Assembly: GCA_951406725.2 (NCBI GenBank)
Contig: OX597826.1
Coordinates: 19,158,001 to 19,222,000 of the forward strand
Source: Octopus vulgaris
Lineage: Eukaryota
Direction: 5' to 3'
Length of the DNA stretch: 64,000 bases
Below are positions 53,155 to 64,000 of the stretch, in pieces. Below the pieces are notes generated by a model that worked only from the letters and a program-made list of their open reading frames with translations, was not told where the DNA came from and ran no database searches. Each line of letters opens with the position of its first letter. The first letter of the stretch is position 1. The position numbers and the translations under genes are program-made.

Positions 53155-55238
53155 AAAGCAAAAGGTCTCGAAGGTTGTGGGCTCGTTTGAAGGAGGGGAG
53201 GGGTCGGTTAGGGAAGATGTATGAAGTGGACGGGTGGGACTGGAGATGCCGGAAGGCTCGGAGAATGGTGCGTTGGAGAGGTGGGGTGGTGAGGTGGTAG
53301 GTGAGGGGGAAAACGGAGGCGGGAGACTGCAGGGCGTGTTCGGGAGGAGAGAGCAGGTGCACGGTCCACGGAACGTGCTCTGGCAAGGGCGGTGTGGATA
53401 GTGGTGAGGGGATATCCATGTAGGATGAAGTGGCGAGCCATGAGTTGAGACTGAGTCTCAAAGTCATGGTCGGCACTACAGAGCCTGCGTAGACGGAGGA
53501 ATTGGGAATAGGGGATGGAAAGCTTTGTGTGTTTGGGATGGGAGGAAGAGAAGTTTAGGTATGAGTGTGAGTCTGTGTGTTTGTAGTGGATGGAGGTGGT
53601 AAGAGTGGAGTGATGAATGCTGACCGAAATGTCAAGAAAGGAAACAGGTGTCAGAAATAGTGCAGGAGAAGTTGAGGGCAGGATGGAAAGATTTGACAAA
53701 AGAGAGGAAGGAGTCTAGATGTTCGCGGGAGAGTGAGGTGGCACCGATACATTCGTCGATATAACGGCCATATAGTTCGGGAGTGGGACCAGTGAAACTA
53801 GAGAATATTTGGGCCTCAACATAGCTAACGAACAGGTTCGCATAGTTGGGGCCCATTCTCGTTCCCATGGCCACTCCCGAGATTTGTTGGTAGAAATCGC
53901 CCGCGAACGAGAAGCAGTTTAGTGAGAGGACAAGTTCGGCCAGACGAACGAGTGTGGATGTGTCGGGTTGGGGGTTGGGTCGGAGGTCAAGGAAATATTT
54001 GAGTGCACGCAGCCCCTCGTGGTGAAGGATCATCGTGTAAAGAGAAGTTTAGAGGGACCAGGAGGGAAGGAGAAAGAGTTGAACAAACGAAGCGCGTGGT
54101 TGGTGTCATGGATGTGAGAAGGGAGAGAAGCCACTAGGGGGGCAAGGACACGGTCAAGATATTTGGAGATAAGCTCGGTGGGGCAGTTACAGGCGGAGAT
54201 GATGGGGCGGACAGGGTTGTTAGGTTTGTGGATTTTGGAGAGGAAGTAAATGATGGGGGTGCGGACAATGAGGTTGGAGGTGGTGTGGGGGAGACGGGAG
54301 GAAGAGATGAGGTCATGGATAGTGGAGGACACAGTCTATTGGTAGCTGGACATGAGATCAGAGGGCAGAGGTCAGTAGAAGGAGGTGTCTTGAAGAGGTC
54401 CGCGTGCTATACCACCACGGCTCCACCCTTATCGGCCGGTTTTATAATGATGTCAGTGCGGCGTCGGAGGGATCGAAGGGCTGAGAGTTCGGCTGGAGAG
54501 ATGTTGAGACGACAGGGACGCCCGCAAAAAGATCGACTGCTTGGAACTGGTCAGGAGCAGGCGTCCACTGGGATGGTCGGCGGCCCAGGTCAGTAAAGTA
54601 GTCCTCCTCGTTAGATGCGGGTGGAGTGTCGAGGAAAAGCGCTCACAACCTAACACGGTGCACAAAGCTGTGGATATCAGCACGAGTCCGAAATTCGTTG
54701 CAGAAAGGAGTGAGGGGGATGAAACACAGACCCCTACTGAGAATGGAGCGCTCCGCCTCAGAGAGGAGAAGATCTGGGGGAATGGTAACAACAGACTGAA
54801 GTGGAGAAGGGGTGGATAGAAGCAGGAGGAGTGGATAGCGGTGGAGGAGGAGGGTGGTCGGGCTGATGGAAGGCTGGAGGGAGGGGTGGGGATGTGTAAG
54901 GGGGTTTGGAGGGACGGGGGGATGGGTGTGGGTGTGGGGTGCATATCAAGGAGGGATAAGGGTAGTGGAGGAGCTGGGGTTGTGGCTTCGAGTGTGATGG
55001 AATGGAGGAGTGAGTGGAGTTTACAAAGTTTAGTGCTGGCAAGAAATTGATGATAGAGATGATTTAAAAGAATTATAGAACGCAACGTTTTGTGAGCATG
55101 GGAGGGCGAGAGAGAGGAGAAAAAGATGGAAAAAGCCGGAGGGAGAAGGCGGTCGATGGTATATATTTTAGAGAGATTGGAGTGAATGGTGGCACGCATA
55201 AGGCGGTAGGATGTAGTAAGGAGTATGGGTAGGATGGT
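53155..55238 (-). pseudogene. Penelope-like element reverse transcriptase pseudogene
   Basis: KIHKPNNPVRPIIS, QQISGVAMGTRMGPNYANLFV, YGRYIDE (RYIDD), KHTDSHSYLNFSSSHP, SIPYSQFLRLRRLCS, FKRAHNLRDLL across frameshifted ORFs. Confidence 0.93.
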
Positions 55239-55251
55239 TATATATATATAT

Positions 55252-55305
<54 letters not shown>

Positions 55306-55809
55306 TTATATATATATATATAACATTATATATATCATTTAACCACGGTAGTGGTTGAATATATTCTTAAGTCCACCGTTTCGTTAATCGGAGCAGTTTC
55401 TAAGTTTCACCATTAATTCAATTCTGAACGAAATTGCAAATTGTTAATAGTTTTAAAGAGGACACTTCCTCAGCTACACTTTGACATAAAGAGTTTGAGA
55501 TTTGGTTCAGTGGAAAAAAGTTACAGCAAAATATCTGCGACCTCAAGGGGGTGCAGTAAGGCAGATATTCATCTTCAATTAACATAAATTTCTAAATTTT
55601 AAATTAAAAGTATTCCTTTCTTAGGCTTAAATGATAGAAAAATGCATGAGGAATTCAGAATCGGTAGTTGCATTGAACAAAAATTAGTAGAAAAAGAGTT
55701 ATGAGGTAAAATGTTACGAAATTTCATGTCAGTAAGTAAGTAAGTGAGTAATGCTTCAGCAATAAGAATAAAGAATATATTTCTAAAATTAATATTCACT
55801 TTCTAAGTC

Positions 55810-56175
55810 AGTGAGCCGGCAGAAACGTTAACGCGTAGGGCGAAAAGCTTAATGGCATTTCGGCGTGGTCGACTTTGACGTACTGATTATTTAATGATTT
55901 TTTTTTTTTTTTAACTAAACACTTTCAAACTTCTGATACTGATAGAATATGTCACATAGGACAGGGTTTATTCTAAAAGTTTTTGACAAAATTTTGTATT
56001 TTAGAAGCGGTTTTTCGTCTGTCTTTAACGTTCTGAGTTCAAATTTCGCCGAGGTCGACTTCGCCTTTCATCCATTTCAGATCTATTCAATTAGACGTAC
56101 AGATTATTTAATTAATTTGTTTTTAACTAAACACTTTCAAACCTCTGATACTGGTAGAATGTGTCAAATAGAACA
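55810..56175 (+). repeat. Mosaic of Nin-SINE pieces and a duplicated ~75-bp block
   Basis: SINE pieces at ~55810-55878 and ~56008-56078; gacgtacwgattatttaat...aaacactttcaaac...gtcamatag at ~55878 and ~56095. Confidence 0.5.
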
Positions 56176-56500
56176 GAAGGTGACTTCACTGTCTGTATAA
56201 CTAATGGCATGCCTGAAAGAGCCACCATGAACAGCAGCGACCCCCAACACAGTTCCTTGAGGCACTCCACTCTCTATGACTGTTTTCTTAGAGAGGGCTC
56301 CATTGGCTGCTACAGCCTGGCTTCTGGTTTTTGGAAAGACATGTAACCACTCTCCAAATTTTCCGGTTATGCTGAGTCTCCGTAGCTTATCAAAGGTCTT
56401 AGAAAAGTCGAGATGTATCACAACCAAGTTTGAGCGATTCATCAATATTTTCAATACCCAGGATGCCAAAGCTGTGTAAGGCAACTTCTTCTTGAGAGGA
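56164..56500 (-). mobile_element. CR1-clade LINE RT fragment
   Basis: LDFSKTFDK and SGVPQGTVLG motifs. Confidence 0.85.
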
Positions 56501-56548
56501 AGCTATGCTGGGAGCCAGGGATCAAGTTATTACCTTCAAGGAACGCAA

Positions 56549-56916
<368 letters not shown>

Positions 56917-56917
56917 A

Positions 56918-57796
56918 CGAGGTGTGATCAATAAGTATCCAAACTGTTGCCATAGTAATGAGGCTGAAGCACGCACAGCGAAGCCGCTAGGAAATGATTA
57001 AACCTGAACTCTGCTGTGCATGTGCACTAAGTTTTAACGTTCTAGCTCACTTCCGCTGCTTACAACAGTGCATGGAACGAAAGTGTTTAGCGCGTGATTG
57101 TCGCATTGAGTGTGACAGAGAAAGTTGTCATAGTGATACCTGCTCAGAGGACTACGCAAAATTGCAGAAAGCGTTTGGAGAGGAGTGTATGAGCCGCACA
57201 CAAGTGTACGAGTGGTTCAGACATTTCCAAGATGGTCGAAAAAATGTGGATATTGACGAATGTTCTGGGAGATCCGCAACCAGCAGAACTGAGAAAAACA
57301 TCGCAGATGTGCTTGCAGCTGTGAGGGGAAATTGTCGAATCACCATCCGAGAGTTATCAGAGGATATAAAGATTAGTTAGTCCATATTCACTTAAGATTT
57401 GGGTATGAGACGTATGTCTGCCAAGTTTGTGCCAAAACTGCTTTCAGCTGACCAAAAGGACGCACGGGTTTCTATTCCACAAGATCTTGATTGTGTCGAG
57501 ATCGATGAAAACTTTTTGAAAACTTTTTGAAAACTTTGCGTGGGCCTCTGGGCAGGTATCGCCAAGCTTTTAGCAAAATTTTATGCAGATACCCTGCTCA
57601 ACTTTCTTTGATATGGTTAATGCGACAATGAAAACGCTACACATCTTCCTTCCAAGCTCTGCTGTAAACAACGGAAGTGAGCTAATGTGCGCATGCACAG
57701 CAGTGTTCAAGGTTAAACTATGCCAAGCGGATTCACGCTGCGTGCTTTAGTTTCGTTACTATGGCAACAGTCCGAATACTTATTGATCAGACTATG
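56918..57796 (+). mobile_element. Non-autonomous mariner with long imperfect TIRs
   Basis: cgaggtgtgatcaataagtatc / gaatacttattgatcagactatg ends, ~200-bp inverted arms; HTH peptide ECMSRTQVYEWF...RITIREL. Confidence 0.9.
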
Positions 57797-57803
57797 TGTG
57801 TGC

Positions 57804-57858
<55 letters not shown>

Positions 57859-57906
57859 CGTCCATCCATCCATCCATCCATCCATACATACATACATACA
57901 TACATA

Positions 57907-59154
57907 CAGGGTGCAGTGACTAAATTGTCGTCTAAATTACGCAATAATGAAAGTAACTCTGACATCTCATTTTATAGGATATATTTATCGAAATTACATT
58001 AAAAAATATCTTGAAATACTAAAGAGTAAATTTATTCAATAAAATCGCCATTGGCTTCAACCATGGCCTCCAGACGAATTTGGAATTTCCTACAACTCTT
58101 CTTGACGGTCTCCTTGTTTAAGTTGGTGAATGCTGCCATAATCCTTGCCTTCAGTTCATCTTTGGTATTACAAGGAATTTTGTATGTCTCTCTCTCTCTC
58201 TCAACTGCACCCCGCTCATAATAATCAAGAGGGTTGCAGTCTGGGGAGTTAGGTAACAGATGTTAGGGGTGAAATTCTGACAGCCATGACTGGGTTCTCC
58301 TGCTTATATGGCATGGTGCAGATTCATGTTGCGAGACATAGGATCTTCCAGCAGCTACCCTCTTGACCCAAGGCAGCCATACCTCCCCCAGGCACTTGAT
58401 GTAGGCTTCCGTGTTGAGTGTGAGGCCGTCTAGGAAGCTGAATGGAGGCATAACGTCGTGATCACTCCAAACACCATGATATTGACTGGATGTTTGATTT
58501 TAATCATCTTCCGTACATGTTTTGGGGACACGGCAAGCCAACGGTTGTTGTGTATGGTCAACATCTGATCATGACAGAAATTTTTCTCGTCTGAGAAAAA
58601 CCAAAGCATGTTTGGTTGGAGGGGATGCTTGAGTATGTCTAAAAGCTTCGTAGCGCGGTCTTTCCTCTTGTCCTTGGGATAAAAATAAATTGGTTCTTTC
58701 TCTGTACTCTCTCCCTCATCAGAAACTCAGACATTCCCATGTCCCTGGTAATGGACCAGATTGACTTGGGGGGATCATTGTTAATCATGGCCTGGATATC
58801 ACCAATAAATTCAGGAGTCCTTTTCTTATCTGAACTATCAGAAGCAAGCTTTTAGAGCTGCCGTACCTTCGTAATCACTGTTAAACTCATCCAACACTTA
58901 CCGAATCCCCTGCACTGTCCTCAGATCGACACCCAAACACTCTGAAATGTCCATATTGGAGCTTCCGGTTCGAATGCCAATCAGTACAGCATGTTGTTTC
59001 CAAATTTCTGGCAGAGTGAATTGCATCATGGTGCTGTTTTTCTCACAGTCAGTGACCAACTGACCCTATTATACTGTGTTGTCGACAAAAACTAACAATG
59101 CGCATGCGCGGAATAAAAAATATACGATGGCTACAATTTACCCATCGCACACTG
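57907..59154 (-). mobile_element. Full-length maT/DD37D-like Tc1/mariner pseudogene
   Basis: TIRs cagggtgc..aaattgtcg / ctacaatttacccatcgcacactg with TA TSD; WFFSDEKNF, KHPVNIMVFGVI, QHESAPCH, PNSPDCNPLDY. Confidence 0.9.
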
Positions 59155-59202
59155 TATATACACAGATATACATACATACATACACACACACACGCGCGCG
59201 CG

Positions 59203-59286
<84 letters not shown>

Positions 59287-59696
59287 GGCAAAATTCATAG
59301 CGGTCGCAAAAGTGACGTGGGGTACTGACTAGCACTGCTTAAGCTAAAATAAGAGTTAAATTAACTTCAAAGCCCCTAAAACACTATACCTAATGACTGA
59401 TAAATGGAAGTAAGTCCCTAGCGTATATAGCCGTATCACGATTTTTATGTAGACCAGAAAACCGTTCAAAATGTGCTGATCTTCAAAACTGAAAATGTGG
59501 CCTTTAGTTTACCATATAATAATGAAATTATTGTATACAGTGCTCAGGTGCACTTATATCTAATAAGCCACCTTTTTAATTTGTTATAATATATATATAT
59601 ATATATACATACACACACATATATGTATATATACATACATACATATATACATACACTATATATATTTAATATACATATATATACATATATATATAC

Positions 59697-59770
<74 letters not shown>

Positions 59771-59932
59771 AAGGGTATTATTGCTTACAATAATATCAAG
59801 TGGCATAGTATGCGCAAAAAATATTATATGGTAAAAAAAATCATTTATAAGGTTGCTAAAGTAGCACCCTTAATTATTAATTTACACGCACACGCACACA
59901 CATCTATATATTATAAATATATTATTTGTCTG

Positions 59933-59968
<36 letters not shown>

Positions 59969-59984
59969 TGTTCTTTTATTGGTT

Positions 59985-60376
59985 TATTCTTTTACTTGTT
60001 TCAGCCATTTGACTACACCCATGCTGGAGCACCACCTTAAAGGGCTTTCAGTTGAACAAATCAACCCAACGACTTACTCTCTGTGAGCCTAGTACTTATT
60101 CTATCGGTTTTTTCTACCGATCCCCTAAATTATGGGGGCACAAACAAACCAGCATCGGTTGTGAAGACAAATACAGATAAACACACAAACATATAAATAT
60201 ACATATACGACAGGCTTCTTTCAGTTTCCGTCTACCAAATCCACTTTTGGCAAGGCTTTGGTCGGGGCGAGGTTAAAGCAGAAGACACTTGCCCTAGGTG
60301 TCACGCAGTGGGACTGAACCCAGAACCATGTGGTTTCTAAGCAAGCTACCTACAACACAACCACTCCTACGCCTAT
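59985..60376 (-). mobile_element. CORE-type SINE
   Basis: Head, body and tail match the 12632 copy. Confidence 0.85.
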
Positions 60377-60669
60377 GGTGAAGGATTCTTCGTTGATGAA
60401 GTCTTTAAAAATGATGACATTCTACCATTTCAGAATATACTTCGAAAGAGTTAATAATAGGCCAATGCTGCCCCCTGCAACCTATGAGACGGTAGACACG
60501 TGTCCTTTGTAATGTTCTGCAAGATAAATATATTGAACAGCAGTAAAAGCTTATTGCTGAGTTCTATCCTATAAATATGGGAGTAATATGGGCAGCAAGT
60601 AACGCCACTATAGCTGCAGAAATATCAGATTACTAACCAAAGGTATTACCTTATTCCTGGCACAATTCC

Positions 60670-60940
60670 GGGGCTGCGGCCATGCTGGAGTACCGCCTTG
60701 AAGGGTTATAGACGAACAAATCTACCCTAGTTGTTAAGCGGTAGAAAATAGTAACATACACAGGCATACACACACACACACACACACACATATATGGAGA
60801 GATAGTCGGACGAGACCCTCACAGTTTCCATCGATCAAATTCACTAACAGGGCATTGGTCTAGCCAGGGCTGTAGTAGAAGACAATTGTCTAGGTGCCGC
60901 GCAGTGGTATTGAACCCGAAACCACTTCGTTGTAAAGCGA
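60670..60940 (-). mobile_element. Degraded CORE-type SINE
   Basis: ctgcggccatgctggagtaccgcc tail; gtagtagaagacaattgtctaggtgccgcgcagtgg body. Confidence 0.7.
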
Positions 60941-61111
60941 GTTAGTACTTTAGTGTGTGCAGTCAATGGAAGGATATCTTTGCAGTGGGACAAAATAGAG
61001 ACACAAACACCTGCATGAAATACATACTGAAGCCCTTAAATCTTATGTATTCCGCGTATGATATACATTGTGGAAGACACATATCATTAACAGCTGCTTC
61101 ATGTCTTATAA

Positions 61112-61362
61112 GTGGAGGCTCGTAGCTTAGTGGTTAGGGTGTCAGCACCATGATCGATTCCTGGTTTCGATTCCTGAACCGGACGACGCGTTGTGTTCTT
61201 GAACAAAACACTTCATTTCACGTTGCTCCAGTCCACTCAGCTGACAAAAATGAGTAACGCTGCGATGGACTGGCGTTCCGTCCAACTGGGGAACACATGT
61301 CATAGAAACCGGGAAACCGGGCCCATGACCCTGGCTAGGCTTTAAAGGGCGCATTTATTATT
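61112..61362 (+). mobile_element. tRNA-derived SINE with V/Meta-like central domain
   Basis: A box tagcttagtgg, B box ggtttcgattcc; ttgctccagtccactcagctg and ctgcgatggactggcgttccgtcca blocks. Confidence 0.75.
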
Positions 61363-61679
61363 TAAAAATTGTTCATGTCTTATTAGACACAATGCTGCTG
61401 TACTCCGATTTTTGGAAAGGATTATCCTGAAGTACTTGACCAGTACTGACGAAAACCTGTTGGTTTACAGACAAAGAAAAAGAAAGACACGTTCCACAAA
61501 TTCCGTCTTAAAGTAGAACAGCTAAATCATGCGCAAACGTCTCTAATATTGCGCCAAAATGTACATAGCTCTGGTAGTCTTAATTTCATTGAGGAAGTTT
61601 TATTTCAAACTTAGAGACCTGCTTCACTAGCGTTGCACTGATATAAAGAACCAAACGAAAATTATATACACATATATAC

Positions 61680-61824
61680 ACAGGCGTGGCTGTATGTTAA
61701 GATGTTTGTTTCTCAGCTACATGGTTCTGGGTTCAGTTCCACCGCGTGGCACATTGGAACAGTGTCTTCTACTATAGCCTCAGGCCGACCAAAGTCTTCT
61801 GAGTGGATTTGAAAGAAAACCATC

Positions 61825-61905
<81 letters not shown>

Positions 61906-62115
61906 CGTGTCTTTCTGTGTGTTTGTCCCTCCGTTACCGCTTGACAACCAGTGGTGGTGCGTATACGTCCCCATAACTTAGCAGTTTGGCGAAAGAGATC
62001 GAAAGACTGAGCACTAATCTTTAAAAATAAGTCCTGAGGTCAATTAGTTTGATTAAAAACCTCCAAGGCGGTGCTCCAGTATGACCGCAGTCAAATGACT
62101 GAATCAAATAAAAAT
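61680..62115 (+). mobile_element. CORE-type SINE
   Basis: caggcgtggctgt head; ggcggtgctccagtatgaccgcagtcaaatgactgaa tail. Confidence 0.85.
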
Positions 62116-62117
62116 AT

Positions 62118-62545
62118 AACTTAACTTCTCCACCTCCTGCTCTTCCACACCAGTCTCTCCATCCCTGACTCCCAATTTCTCCGTCTACGCAGGCTCTGCA
62201 GCAACGATCATGACTTTGAGACTCAGTCTAAACTCATGGCTCACCACTTCACCCTACATGGATATTATCCACACTGCCCTTGCCCGGGAACGATTATCCA
62301 CACCATTATCCACACTGCCCTTGCAGTCCGACCCCTCCACTTTGCACATCTTCCCTAGCCTACTCCTTCCCTACTTCAAACGAGCTCATAAGTTTCGTGA
62401 CCTACTGGTCCACAGTTTCTTCCCTACCCCTGCCTCCCAGTCTGAGACCTCCCCTGCTTTCGCCCATGCTGTCGCACCTACCCTATCACGTCACCGCCTT
62501 TACCTGCACCTCCAGTAATCTTATTTACTACATCTGCTCTCTCTC
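62118..62545 (+). mobile_element. PLE fragment (RT thumb to start of GIY-YIG), Neptune-like
   Basis: Matches 53160-53560 reversed, then continues into a Cys-rich linker (PCFRPCCRTYP) and FTCTSSNLIYYICS. Confidence 0.8.
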
Positions 62546-63161
62546 TCCGAATTATTCACTTCACACACCATTTCACACACATCCACAAACACCTTCCCAT
62601 TCTACACACACTTGCACCGAATTCTACACACACTCAGCACCCACACCAGACACCACACACATTATCCTCCCACTCACATAATACCACTATACGAGCAGCT
62701 TCACACCCTGTTTAACTCAGTACACACACCATACACCATCATGCACACTCCCACACCCATACAAGTACATATTACTTGAACACAGACAATATATACACAC
62801 ACGCAATACGCATAGACACAGATAACTTGTGCCCACAAACATACACTATACCCATGCACACTATTTAGTCGCAGACACACACATACAATCGTGCACACAC
62901 CACCTGAACAAACACACATCAACTGCTATACACAACATGCACACATGTTAGCCACCCCCCACTAATACACACGTCCATACGCACACAAACACACACATAC
63001 AATCACCCACGAATAAGTACTCACTCGCCCTCAATTACACATACACACACACAACACTCTTACATACACACACACGCTTGTGCACCTTAGTTCGTTGGGG
63101 GCCACCGTTACCTTTATTGTTATTATTATTATTATTATCCTCATCATCATTATTATTATTG

Positions 63162-63195
<34 letters not shown>

Positions 63196-63438
63196 CTGCC
63201 TTTCATTCAGCTTCTTTTTTCCAGTCATATCGTCATGTTGGATCGTTGAACTCCGCACATATTTCTCTCTCCGTTTATTTTTCAATCTCTCTTAATCCTT
63301 TCGTTCGAAGACATTTTTCCAGAGCGTTAATCTAATACACCTGTTTTCGTCTTTTGTTTTCTGTAAATTTGAACCATATTTAAATATACATACATACATG
63401 CATACATACATACATACATACATACATACATACATACA

Positions 63439-63474
<36 letters not shown>

Positions 63475-63842
63475 CAGTTGCGGCCAAAATGTTCAGAACG
63501 GCATTGTTTTCGTCAGAAAAGTAGGTATAAGCAGAGATAGTAATAGACCTTCTCAGACGTTTCCAACTGTCTGAGAGGTAACGACTGGACAACCCGAATG
63601 TGGTCATGGAACAATTTTTTCAGCCGTTCTGATCATTTTGGCCGCCATGGGTTTTGCAGTAAATCACTAAATCAGCCATAACTTTTGAATTATCCTCTCA
63701 AATTACACCAAAATCTCAGGCAATAACAAATAAATCGTATTTATTGTCTGTGAAAATTATAGAATATAAAACAACTTTGATAAAAAGTTATATCTACTTT
63801 TCTGACGAAACAATGCCGTTCTGAACATTTTGGCCGCCACTG
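63475..63842. mobile_element. Tc1-derived MITE
   Basis: ~55-bp TIRs cagttgcggccaaaatgttcagaacggcattgtttt / aaacaatgccgttctgaacattttggccgccactg; TA TSD. Confidence 0.9.
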
Positions 63843-63883
<41 letters not shown>

Positions 63884-63886
<3 letters not shown>

Positions 63887-64000
63887 GGAGTAAACACATA
63901 AATGTGAAACAAGGTGGAAAAAGAGTACTCAAATACCAGTGGTAGAGTAATATGCTTTATTTAAAGCAGCAGAAAATTCAACAAAATCTGTTACTCAGTT
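63884..64000. repeat. Short repeat adjoining (TA)n, cut by the window edge
   Basis: Shares ctttatttaaa(a)gcagcagaaa with ~43863-43884; same context as the PLE-like fragments. Confidence 0.4.

Overview
AT-rich eukaryotic, repeat-dense non-coding DNA (intergenic or a large intron). The SINE families and microsatellite style point to an octopus or other coleoid cephalopod genome (inference). I can support no intact host protein-coding gene; most listed ORFs are microsatellite artefacts. The window holds decayed Tc1/mariner, maT-like and hAT elements, MITEs and a fold-back element, R4/Dong-, CR1- and RTE-type LINE fragments, a Penelope-like (PLE) RT pseudogene, three tRNA-derived SINE families and a U6 snRNA retrocopy fused to a LINE/SINE-type tail. 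The most interesting signal is a set of short non-coding elements, mostly in microsatellites, that carry minimal type-I hammerhead ribozyme motifs with palindromic stem III and PLE-style inverted or direct ends. One family (19796-20123, 37226-37615) joins a tRNA-like Pol III head to a hammerhead, which suggests a PLE-mobilised SINE or retrozyme. Coordinates of degraded elements are approximate and family names come from motif recognition, not database searches.
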